From the NCBI RefSeq assembly GCF_964204645.1, contig NC_134036.1, positions 7,240,704-7,265,233 of the forward strand: a DNA stretch of 24,530 nt. Direction: 5' to 3'. The notes below the pieces were generated by a model, which made no database searches, was not told the DNA's origin, and saw only the letters and a list, made by a program, of their open reading frames with translations. This document shows positions 1 to 8,640 of the stretch, one piece after another. Origin of the DNA: Tubulanus polymorphus (taxonomy: Eukaryota > Animalia > Nemertea). The number at the start of each line of letters is the position of its first letter. Positions within the stretch are counted from its first letter, which is position 1. The translations under genes were made by a program, and so were the position numbers.

Positions 1-1146
1 GATTTCACTGAAATCAGTTCATTACGTACCACTATCTGTGAAGAAGCGCCACCTAGGGGTTATCCTGTATCATGGGTCAGCCCATATCATGGATATGTTG
101 ACCCATGGCTCTTAAGTGCAAAGTAATGATGTACCAAGTTTAGGGAAAATAACTTGGTGATACAGTGTTCTACCATTCCCTCGTAGCAAAGTACCTGTGT
201 ATCAATTTTCATAGAAATTCCTCCATCCGATAAGTAGATATCAATGAAAATGCATTTCCAACAATTTGTAGGTGGCGCTACTGGAGCACCATATGAGTTA
301 CCTACTTAAACCATACACCAATACAAGTGTCTTGTAAAGGGCTACTAACCACACATTTCAACCTCGATTCTATGACCAACGGTTTAGGAGCAAAGATCGT
401 TGTTTTCACAGTCCCCTGGTGGCAGTTGTATGAACTAATCATGCAGGTTGGCATATTACACACGTGTCTTTGTACTTATACTAAGTTTTGTAATAAACAG
501 ACCGCATTACATACGAAAAAATGGATGCCGAAATCGATTTTTCAAAATGTACGCCCCCTAGTGGTTAAAATAGGAACTAATCATGTGGGAGGTTCGTTGC
601 ATTTAGTAACCAGGTACATGTGTATCAATTCTTATAGAAATCCATTGATACCCTTAGTCGATATAGATGAAAATGTGTTTTCCAGCCTCTTATAGGTGGC
701 GCTACTGGAGAACCATATGAGTTACATAGTTATACCATACATCAATACAAGCGTCTTGTCAAGGGCTACTGATCACTCGCTGCAACCACAATTCTATCTC
801 CACCGGTTAAGGAGCTAGGAGCAAAAATCGCTTTGAAAAATTTGGTGTCCCATTTTCGAGCCCGTAGAGCCCAAACGGTTAATCGCAGATAGGGCGTGCC
901 ACTGACTTTTTTAGCCTCCAGGCTGTCATGAACAACTTTCGTGCCCGGCCGAAGCTGAAAACTCAAAGACAAAAATTTTCTCACACAGTAACTTTTCCAT
1001 GTCAGAATTTTCAAAAGTAAAACGCCCCCTGGTGGGTGAACGGGGTCCCCAATCAAAAAGCCATTAGACTTACCTCAAGGTACCTGTGTTCCGTACATCT
1101 AACGTAAGTTTCAAGTAAAACCGTTGAGCAATATTCTTGTTACTAG
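1..1146. repeat. Diverged internally repetitive non-coding element (about 423-bp direct repeat), probably a non-autonomous transposon, rich in CTCF-like motifs
   Basis: ~191-400 and ~613-830 are diverged direct copies (TGTGTATCAATT..ATAGAAAT; TAGGTGGCGCTACTGGAG.ACCATATGAGTTAC; CAATACAAG.GTCTTGT.AAGGGCTACT). ORFs 327..695 and 766..1056 show no recognisable protein features. Right boundary approximate. Confidence 0.55.
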
Positions 1147-1638
1147 CCGAATTCGAAGTATCAAAGCCTATGATGCTCACTACTAGTGTTGCCAGCTCTC
1201 TAACTTGTATACGGCACAAACACAAACAAGGCTATTAAAAATTCCACAGTTGCGTTCAGTCGAGCAATGTCCTAATTCAACGATCGATTCGTAGGAGTAA
1301 GAGATAAAAATATCACTACTGCTTACGTGTTTACTACAGATTCAGAACAATACAGCTCTATCGATATAAGGACACAGACACAAACACACGTATTTAGGAC
1401 GTGCTGTGGGAATGACACGTAGGCAATACACATACGTATATGGATACTGTTTGAATCGGGCTTAAATTTCGATGTTTAGAGGCTCACAGTGAGTAAACAG
1501 TGCAATTCTAATTAATATCATATACAGTATATGTCAATGCAGCGTAGTACTTGTGATACAGAATGGTTTCACCGACAGTGAAAGTAAATTGCAGTTGTTT
1601 ATATCCTTTCAGTACGATCCAGTGTGAAAAAGAATATG

Positions 1639-1881
<243 letters not shown>

Positions 1882-1884
1882 TAA

Positions 1885-2283
1885 TATAACTTATGACTAT
1901 AGTGTCAATATGTGCTTTAAGGTCGTAATCAACATGTGACATTACTCAACATGTTTTCACGATAATTAGCTATAGTCAGTGCTCATTGATAATTAATCAA
2001 TGTCTCTCAAACATGTAACTAGGTGTTTGTTTGTGAGTCCTGATGTCTACAACTTGTCTGACACCTAGTTCTCACATTATACTCATGATTCTGTATATAA
2101 AGACTATGTAAAGCTATGATAATCATTCTCATTCCGGGATGCAATAAAGATTGTACATATAAGGTTTAACTGCCTTGTTGTTCCTAATGGATGGAATCCT
2201 GTACCGCTGGTGTAAATGCTAGTTCCCCAGTCAGCCTGCCGATACAACAACCAGCCGGTTACAGATGGCGGAGAACCGGGTTT
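1885..2283 (+). mobile_element. Putative LTR (about 380 bp) plus primer-binding-site-like sequence
   Basis: Starts TATAAC (one change from TGTAAC) and ends GGTTACA at 2263. TATATAA near 2094, AATAAA at 2143. TGGCGGAGAACCGGG follows two bases after the end (PBS-like, loosely tRNA-Ala-type). No second LTR in the window. Confidence 0.4.
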
Positions 2284-2429
2284 ACCTCCACAGATCGAAG
2301 GTTACACCTTTATAACGTGGATTTATCAAAATTCCCATGCAGTATCTGGAGATTGAAGTGAGCTGAAGGACATCATACGGATTGTATCGGCGACAGCGGT
2401 AAGGTAAGGAAGCCTTTATACTTTTAACA

Positions 2430-2517
2430 AAAACTATGTGGAAAAGGGAAAAAAAAAAAATAATAATCACGCGAATTTCAATAGGGTTTTCTGTGAAGAA
2501 ACAGAAAACCCTAATAA
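2430..2517. mobile_element. Helentron/HINE-like terminus with perfect 13-bp hairpin, abutting the truncated Polinton polB
   Basis: TAGGGTTTTCTGT (2482-2494), loop GAAGAA, ACAGAAAACCCTA (2501-2513). Preceded by an A12/TAATAAT tract and followed by ATAA, a layout typical of non-autonomous Helentron ends. Confidence 0.45.
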
Positions 2518-2801
2518 CAAAAAGTGTAGTAGAAAAGAATATTCATTTCAAAGATTATATCAATTGTATATTCAATGAAGAAGTTAGAAAACATAGGATG
2601 AGATGTTTAAGATCTGAAGATCATGAAATGTTTATTGAAGAAATTGAAAAGATAAGTCTAAACCCATTTGATGATAAAAGATATATTTTAGATGATGTAA
2701 TTCATACAGTTGCTCATGGATGTAATTTAGATGAATACTTAAAATTTAAAAGAGAAGAAACAAAAGAGAACGAGATAATGAAAATAATTCTAACGTGTTA
2801 A
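2514..2801 (+). pseudogene. polB: C-terminal fragment of protein-primed DNA polymerase B (Polinton pPolB)
   Basis: ITKSVVEKNIHFKDYINCIF...MRCLRSEDHEMFIEEIEKISLNPFDDKRYILDDVIHTVAHG matches the Polinton pPolB C-terminal signature (KGvkk.vvk..i.f.dY..cl ... K.aLs.fDDKRyil.dgi.Tl.yG). The first 26 codons of ORF 2436..2801 come from the adjacent hairpin element. Confidence 0.9.
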
Positions 2802-2811
2802 TCAAATTTTA

Positions 2812-2833
2812 ATAAAAATGTGTTATTAAAATG
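2812..2833 (+). promoter_or_regulatory. A-rich class gene-start motif ATAAAAATGTGTTATTAAAATG
   Basis: A-run at about the offset where the downstream genes have a T-run; ends TAAAATG at the ATG. Confidence 0.4.
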
Positions 2834-3180
2834 GAGAGTAAACAAGCACACAGTGAGAACAACAAATTATTTCTAGACAGAATTAAAGATTTAACAAATG
2901 TAAAATCTGTAGATTATAAATTCAAAAAACAGAATTAACAATTCATAAGAAATATCTAATTACAAATATTGATACAGTTACTAATAACTATGGAGATAAA
3001 TTAGTTATACACTTAGAATATGAAGGATTAAAAGGAAATACATATAAATTCAGAACATATTTACCGGATAGATTTCATAGATTATCAAGTGAAGATTTAG
3101 AAGAATTATGTTCTGGAGATTTCTATTTCGTATACAAAGGTAAGAATGAAAAGGGGCACCATGAAATAGATTTCGAATAA
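2831..3180 (+). pseudogene. Small (~116 aa) Polinton accessory protein, possibly an OB-fold ssDNA-binding protein; frameshifted
   Basis: Absent from the ORF track. MESKQAHSENNKLFLDRIKDLTNVKSVDYKFKK, then a frameshift at A6 (2924-2929), then TELTIHKKYLITNIDTVTNNYGDKLVIHLE...FRTYLPDRF...FYFVYKGK...HEIDFE*. The beta-rich pattern (v.t.yG.k.v..l; ylP.Rf; fvY.G) resembles arthropod Polinton small proteins. The OB-fold call is inference. Confidence 0.6.
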
Positions 3181-3200
3181 GAAAATATGTAAAATAAATG
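3179..3200 (+). promoter_or_regulatory. A-rich class gene-start motif AAGAAAATATGTAAAATAAATG
   Basis: Ends in TAAATG at the penton-like ATG, with an upstream A-run instead of a T-run. Confidence 0.45.
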
Positions 3201-3954
3201 GTAGAATTAAAAGAATACAGAATATTTGTTGATTCTAGAAGACTTACAAATTATAAATCACATAATTTAATAGTTCAATTAGATAGAGAATTTAAGAATT
3301 GTGTTGATTTAAAATTAGTAAATATAAGTTTATGTAATTCTTTTTATAATGTATCGGATAAAAGTCTAGAACATTTAAATTTTTCAATCTTTTATAAAAA
3401 AGGAATAAATGGTTTTTTTATATTTAAAACCAGGATTATATAATTTAGATACATTAGCACAAGAAATTAATAGAAAAGCTCGAGCTAAATTAGGAAGTGA
3501 TTCCGGATTTAGTATTAGAATTTTAAAAAGTGATAGTTCTAATAAAATAAAGATTAGGTTAGCTAATGTCGAACAATTTAAATTTACAGTAAGAAAACCT
3601 TTAGGTAAACTGTTAGGAATTAACCCAGATATTGTTACAGCATACGCAGAAGGTAGATCAAACTTAATACCTTTTACACATTTTTATATTTATTGCAATT
3701 TAATTGACCCAACAAAAACATTTGAAGCAACTAAAGATACAATTTGTAATTCTAGTATATTAAATATTTTACCATTAAAAAATGTTAAACAATTTGGAAC
3801 GCAAATAAATTATAATTTAGCTGAATGTGATTTTAAACCTTGTATTCCACATTTCAATAATTTTAAATTAGAAATAAGAAATCACAATGGATATTTAATT
3901 GATTTGAATATCTTTCCTGTAATTTATGAATTAGTTATAAGATGTAGAGAGTAA
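3198..3954 (+). pseudogene. Minor capsid protein (penton, single jelly-roll)-like gene, split by one frameshift
   Basis: ORFs 3198..3443 and 3409..3954 join if one T is removed from T7 (3413-3419), giving ~251 aa. Motifs: IFVDSR, ISLCNSFYNV, LKPGLYNLDTL, LGKLLG, FYIYCNLID, ILNILP, FKLEIRNHNGYLIDLNIFPVIYELVIR, typical of Polinton/virophage minor capsid proteins. Confidence 0.75.
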
Positions 3955-3973
3955 TTTTTTCACTATATAAATG
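3952..3973 (+). promoter_or_regulatory. 22-nt gene-start motif TAATTTTTTCACTATATAAATG (poxvirus-late-promoter-like)
   Basis: Copy 1 of 6; the leading TAA is the upstream stop codon and the final ATG is the start codon. Confidence 0.75.
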
Positions 3974-4327
3974 AATATAACTGTTGGACCGAGTATATGT
4001 TTTGGGTTTGATTTTAAACGTGAGAAAGAAATGAAATTTAACATTAATGATGTAATTACACATATCAAAAATATTGCATTTTCTAATGAAACAACATTTG
4101 AGTATGAAACAACAATAGATAAAGAAACTTTAAATGTAGAAAAGATTACTAATTTAATTAGAGAATCTTTAAGATTTTATGAATTAGATGCAGATTTTAT
4201 CATCGATGATATTAAAAAAATAATAATTGAAATATATACAAATGAAACTAGTAATGAAATAAACGTTGAATTAATCATAAATAAGATAACTAAATATTTT
4301 GATGATAGTAATTTTTTTGATAAATAA
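3971..4327 (+). CDS. Hypothetical acidic 118-aa protein of the Polinton-like element
   Basis: Intact ORF exactly filling the space between two copies of the gene-start motif; no recognised domain. Confidence 0.7.
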   Translation: MNITVGPSICFGFDFKREKEMKFNINDVITHIKNIAFSNETTFEYETTIDKETLNVEKITNLIRESLRFYELDADFIIDDIKKIIIEIYTNETSNEINVELIINKITKYFDDSNFFDK

Positions 4328-4330
4328 ATG
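4309..4330 (+). promoter_or_regulatory. 22-nt gene-start motif TAATTTTTTTGATAAATAAATG
   Basis: Copy 2; embedded in the last codons of the upstream ORF (..NFFDK*), whose TAA directly precedes the next ATG. Confidence 0.8.
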
Positions 4331-4550
4331 AGTGATAATAAGTGGATAATAACTGGATTATATAATGGAGCATTACTATCAGTTGGAACTGTTGGTTATT
4401 CAATGGTATTAAAAAAAAGTATTTAAAATGGGAAGTGTTAATGTTGATAGATTTGATATAAATGATATTTTAAAATTAACGTTAGCAGTTACTTTATCTA
4501 ATTTAACTATTGATTATTTGGAAAAAGAAAAATATATTCCTCCCATATAA
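4328..4550 (+). pseudogene. Small (~73 aa) two-helix membrane-associated Polinton protein; frameshifted
   Basis: Absent from the ORF track. MSDNKWIITGLYNGALLSVGTVGYSMVLKK, one extra A in A8 (4411-4418), then VFKMGSVNVDRFDINDILKLTLAVTLSNLTIDYLEKEKYIPPI*. The pattern (Y.Ga.....vGy..l.Kk...; D..D..Kl; dYL...k.iP) recurs in invertebrate Polinton-like elements. Confidence 0.7.
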
Positions 4551-4555
4551 ATGCA

Positions 4556-4577
4556 TAATTTGTTTGCTAAATAAATG
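4556..4577 (+). promoter_or_regulatory. 22-nt gene-start motif TAATTTGTTTGCTAAATAAATG
   Basis: Copy 3; one T>G in the T-run. Confidence 0.8.
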
Positions 4578-4997
4578 GCTTCTGCAATTATAACTATTAT
4601 AGGATCAGCAATTGTTAACGCTTTAGCATTTACTGGTGGTGGTTATTTATTTAAACATATTGATAAAAATAGTTCATTAGGAGAACAAAGAAGACATAAC
4701 TTAGCATTAGAGAAATATAATAAAGCTGCAGAAGAATATAGAGAAAAGAGACAAAACTATATGGATTACATCAATAAAGAATTATATGATCAGAAGATTT
4801 CACATAGAGATTTTCAATCAGTTGATGATGCAATGAGTTTATATAACGCGGTAACCAATAAAGAAAAATTACATCTATACAAACCTAAATTATCAGATTA
4901 TTATACCCCAAGTAAAGAACAACAGAAATATGAAATAATTTGGATTTTAGGCGGAACTGTTATTGTTATATTTGTTGCTTATAAGTTTACTAATTAG
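4575..4997 (+). CDS. 140-aa Polinton-associated membrane protein (N-terminal Gly/Ala hydrophobic peptide, coiled coil, C-terminal TM anchor)
   Basis: Intact ORF. MASAIITIIGSAIVNALAFTGGGYLF...EQRRHNLALEKY...PKLSDYYTPSKEQQKYEIIWILGGTVIVIFVAYKF; the NALAF.G..YLF, E..RH.LA.E and P.LSD.Y.PS..Q..E motifs are characteristic of invertebrate Polinton-like elements. Confidence 0.85.
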   Translation: MASAIITIIGSAIVNALAFTGGGYLFKHIDKNSSLGEQRRHNLALEKYNKAAEEYREKRQNYMDYINKELYDQKISHRDFQSVDDAMSLYNAVTNKEKLHLYKPKLSDYYTPSKEQQKYEIIWILGGTVIVIFVAYKFTN

Positions 4998-5019
4998 TAA
5001 TTTTTTTGCTAAATAAATG
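4998..5019 (+). promoter_or_regulatory. 22-nt gene-start motif TAATTTTTTTGCTAAATAAATG
   Basis: Copy 4; constitutes the whole intergenic region. Confidence 0.8.
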
Positions 5020-5451
5020 GATGATAAAGTTGATAATATTGATATTATTCCTCATGATATAAATAAAACTTAATTAAAAACATATTTAGAAAAACAAATA
5101 TTAGAATTTGAAAGTGACTTAAAGATAAAAAAGAAAAAATATCTAAAATCTAAAATTATATATTATTTGATTATAAGTGGTTCGGTTACAATTAGTTCTG
5201 TAATAACATTTCTAGCAATTTTCAGTCCATTAACACCTTTAGCCATATCAATTGGTGTGTTAGGATTAAGTTCAAGTGTTTTAACTGGTATAAGTTCAAA
5301 ATTAAATATAAAAAGTAATAAAGAAAAAATTAAAACTAATATAAAAGAAATTAATAAATTAAAGAACACACTAGATTATATAATAAGTTTAAATGTTCAT
5401 ATAACAGTTGAAGAACAAGATAAATTATTAAAAGAATTAATAAATTATTAA
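5017..5451 (+). pseudogene. Two-TM coiled-coil protein (~144 aa) with a premature stop
   Basis: True start is ATG 5017, in frame with ORF 5167..5451; in-frame TAA at 5071-5073. Lys-rich helix, two hydrophobic helices (IIYYLIISGSVTISSVITFLAIF; LAISIGVLGLSSSVLTGI), then a coiled coil. Confidence 0.75.
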
Positions 5452-5470
5452 TTTTTTTATTAAATAAATG
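5449..5470 (+). promoter_or_regulatory. 22-nt gene-start motif TAATTTTTTTATTAAATAAATG
   Basis: Copy 5; the leading TAA is the upstream stop codon. Confidence 0.8.
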
Positions 5471-6756
5471 GTAGATAGTTTTCCAAAAGCTTTCCAATAT
5501 AATAAATCAATTAAATATAATATTCCAGCAATAGATTTTAATAAAGATATTACATATAGAAATGAAGTTTTAGATTCATTAACTAATTTAGAAATTTATG
5601 TTACTGAAACTAATAATTTTAATGCAAAGATGATAAATATATTTCATGTATATTTAATTAATTTTAAAAAATTGAAAGATGAAAAACAATGGTTATTAAA
5701 ATCTAATATGAAGTATTGGCAGAACCAATTAAATTTTGCTGTTTATTGTGCAACAACAGGTTGTGGAATTAGTTGGAATGATCATTTGAATAATTCTAAA
5801 TATAAATTAATGCAAAGTTTATTTAGATTTCATACATACTTTCAAATCAGAATAATATTAAATGAATTAGAGTGTGCTTTACCAGGATCTAGATATTTTA
5901 AAGAATTAGATAATAATATTAATTTATCTAAGTTTTATAAAATTTGCAATGAATTTAATATAGATATAAATAATTCTGATTTTAGAACAAAAATTGGAAC
6001 AATAAGATCACTTCCTTGCCCTAAAAAGATTGCAGAATATTGTGCACTTCCCATACCATCTAATAGTTTTTATAATATCTATAGTAATAAATTAGGTTAT
6101 GGTAAAATAGAAACTAAGGATTTAGAAACATTGAATCAGGTATACAAAGAATAAATCAATCTATTAGAACTTATTTGATATGTATTTTAGGTGCGCAAGT
6201 TGAAACAAGATCACCGTTAATTGGAAATTTGAATACATCATTCGATACACAAAAACAATTTAAATTTTATTTGAAGATTCCATACATAATGATAAAAATA
6301 GATCGATTCCAGAAAACATTGTAAGATATCAAAATTATTTAGATAAATCACATATTAGATTAAATTATTGTATAGGCCCTAATCTATTAATTATTTCTAA
6401 TGACTTAGTATTAAAGATGGGAAATATAATTGGTTATAATAATCTAATTAAAACTGCAACAATAAATAATTCATTTGGATTGAATGATATAAATAAAAAG
6501 ATTATCACTGCTCCAAAATTAATGGAAGGTGAAAAAAATAAAAAACATATTCAATCAACTGAAACTAAAACTAAAAATATTAAATTAAATAATGATTCTA
6601 AACCGGATTATAATACATCAAGAAAATGTTAAAACTGATAATATTCAACTTGATATAATTAAAACTAATGATGATAATATATCCCATGAAAATGCTAAAT
6701 TAGCTTTAACTTGTATAGGAATTGTAATCGGAGGAATATCATATTTTAAATTTTAA
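5468..6756 (+). pseudogene. Conserved Polinton-associated protein (WQNQLNFAVYCATTGCGIS family) with C-terminal TM anchor; several frameshifts
   Basis: ORF 5468..6154 continues in shifted frames as RINQSIRTYLICILGAQVETRSPLIG, then IVRYQNYLDKSHIRLNYCIGPNLLIISNDLVLKMGNIIGYNNLIKTA (ORF 6417..6632), and ends HENAKLALTCIGIVIGGISYFKF* at 6756. Confidence 0.8.
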
Positions 6757-6775
6757 TTTTTTTATTATGTAAATG
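6754..6775 (+). promoter_or_regulatory. 22-nt gene-start motif TAATTTTTTTATTATGTAAATG
   Basis: Copy 6; the leading TAA is the upstream stop codon. Confidence 0.75.
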
Positions 6776-7685
6776 GCAGAAGTCGGAGAAGATTTTCCAT
6801 TGTAAAACGGGGGAAATAATGATGAAGGATATATTGATGATGATTATAATGATGCAGGTGCTAATCTTAATGAAACTAATATTGATAATGATGATGAATC
6901 GGCATATAATTCTAATTTAGCAGATAGTGGTTCTAAAGTCCCATCAACAGATGAATTTGATAGAAGAACTAGATCGAGAATACCTACTGAAAATGAAAAT
7001 CCAGATTTAGTAAAACAAAATTTAGAAAATATTGAATTTATGTATGATTTTCAACGTGTATTTAAAGAATCTGGATATAATATAAATGATAGAGGCGCCA
7101 GATATTTAGTAAGAGAATTAAAATCATTAGATGGTGAATATTATTATCATTTGAAAGATGATTATTATATTGATATCTCTTATAAAAAACAAAACAAAAT
7201 ATTAGCAGAATCAACTTTGTTTAGGTTAGACCTATCTAGAATTAAAAGAATAAGAAATCGTTATGAAATAGAAGATGTAACACAAGAAGAAATTATTAAA
7301 AATGAAAGAGTATTTAAACAAAGAATTAATGAATTATTTGAAACAATCAAAGATAATCCAGAAACAGAAACAACTTCTGAACAGAATAAAACTTCCAAAA
7401 CTAGTAAACTTAAATCAAATAAAGTTCCAATTGAAAAACTTTTACCGAATGGATTACTTGATGCAACAGATCAAGAATTAGAAGATTTAGATATATTTTC
7501 TGATAAAGCAATAAGAGAAATTTTTAGTATAAGACTTGCATCTGATAAAATTGCGCATGATAAAAGTATAAGAGTTTTAAAATTAGAACTTTAGAAAAAG
7601 AATTAACTGATAAAAATAAAGAAATAGAACAATTAAAGTCTGATTTAGATCATCAAGTAATTGATGAAATATATCAATTTTATCT
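6773..7685 (+). pseudogene. Large acidic/coiled-coil Polinton protein, N-terminal part only
   Basis: ATG 6773 is in frame with ORF 7040..7594; in-frame TAA at 6803-6805. D/N-rich N-terminus, then a coiled coil continuing in another frame past 7594 (ELTDKNKEIEQLKSDLDHQ). AT-rich composition ends near 7685. Confidence 0.7.
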
Positions 7686-8029
7686 AAGAGGTCCAGAGAC
7701 ACCACGCCAATGGTTTGAAATGCCCAACAGAAAATTCCGATATTCAACACACCTTGGTGAACATTTGAAATCATATAGAAAGCGATGACCTTAGAACTCA
7801 CCACAATCATAGAACATGTCAATAGCTACAATTTTGTTAAAGCATACTTTTCCGAAATGTTTACGTTTCTCTCATATGCATTTCATCCCTGCTAAGTATA
7901 GGGCTATGGTATTCGGCCAGTTTAAAGCTGGAATCAATTTTCAACAGGGTAATCGACAGTGAATTGGGAAAAAGGAAATACGAGGTCTTTACACCCAGCG
8001 TGCAAGAATTGTGGACGACACGAGCAAAA

Positions 8030-8640
8030 TGGACGACTAATCATTCTCGATGCGTTTAGTGAAATGGGAAGCGTTTACTATTTCCACAGCGAAATCTTCG
8101 GTTTATGGCGACATTTGGTCTATAGCGGCATTGGGGCCACCCGACGGTTGGCGAAAAGGCGAGATTTAGAAAGATATAGCAACTAGCAAATGAGCCAAAA
8201 GAGTACCATCCTTGGATCACAAAGTTGATGCTTTCTATATTTCAAAAGAAGTTTGTTGTTGCTTACATTTCAAAAAATCAGGATCGGCCACAATGTCACT
8301 GGGTAGGAAGAGTACACGAGGAGGAAGAAAATAATACAAGATCTTTGAACCCGGGACCCTGATAGTAGGTGCATCTATTCAAGGATCTAGCATCGAACAA
8401 TGGTCACACATTGAACTTGACAAAACTTTTGAGTAGGACTTCTCATTGAATTGCAACCGAGCGATTGTTAGACGAATCGCTGTTCCGCTACAGAGATGAA
8501 TGGTATACGGTAAATATTATCTTGGTTTTGATTATGAAAAAGTTACCAGTGCAAAGCTTATCACCCTAGAGTTCCTTTCTTGTCTGGATTTAAAGTACGT
8601 AAAGTGCTAGAAAAAATCAGTACAGGTAGATTACCTCGAG
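8030..8640 (+). pseudogene. Highly decayed Ty3/Gypsy-type integrase remnant
   Basis: LIILDAFS, frameshift, KWEAFTIST, then TFGL resembles the rve core (l.ivDafSKw.ea.p ... rfGlP); KVLEKIS near 8600 resembles the GPY/F region. Many stops and deletions. Confidence 0.35.

Larger units (their letters stand above)
2514..7685 (+). mobile_element. Polinton/Maverick (adintovirus-like) element fragment, decayed and truncated at both ends
   Basis: Sharp shift to very AT-rich, intronless, tightly packed co-oriented genes. Contains the pPolB C-terminus, a minor-capsid-like gene and accessory genes typical of invertebrate Polintons. TIRs, integrase, ATPase, protease and major capsid are not in the window. 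Confidence 0.85.

Noticed and set aside
327-1056. ORFs 327..695 and 766..1056
   Set aside because: Non-ATG starts within a non-coding repeat; no recognisable motifs.
2514-7685. Bacterial/phage contamination or a poxvirus genome fragment
   Set aside because: No Shine-Dalgarno pattern; the polymerase is Polinton pPolB type and the capsid gene is penton-like, neither being poxvirus genes; the block is decayed and embedded in eukaryotic repeats.
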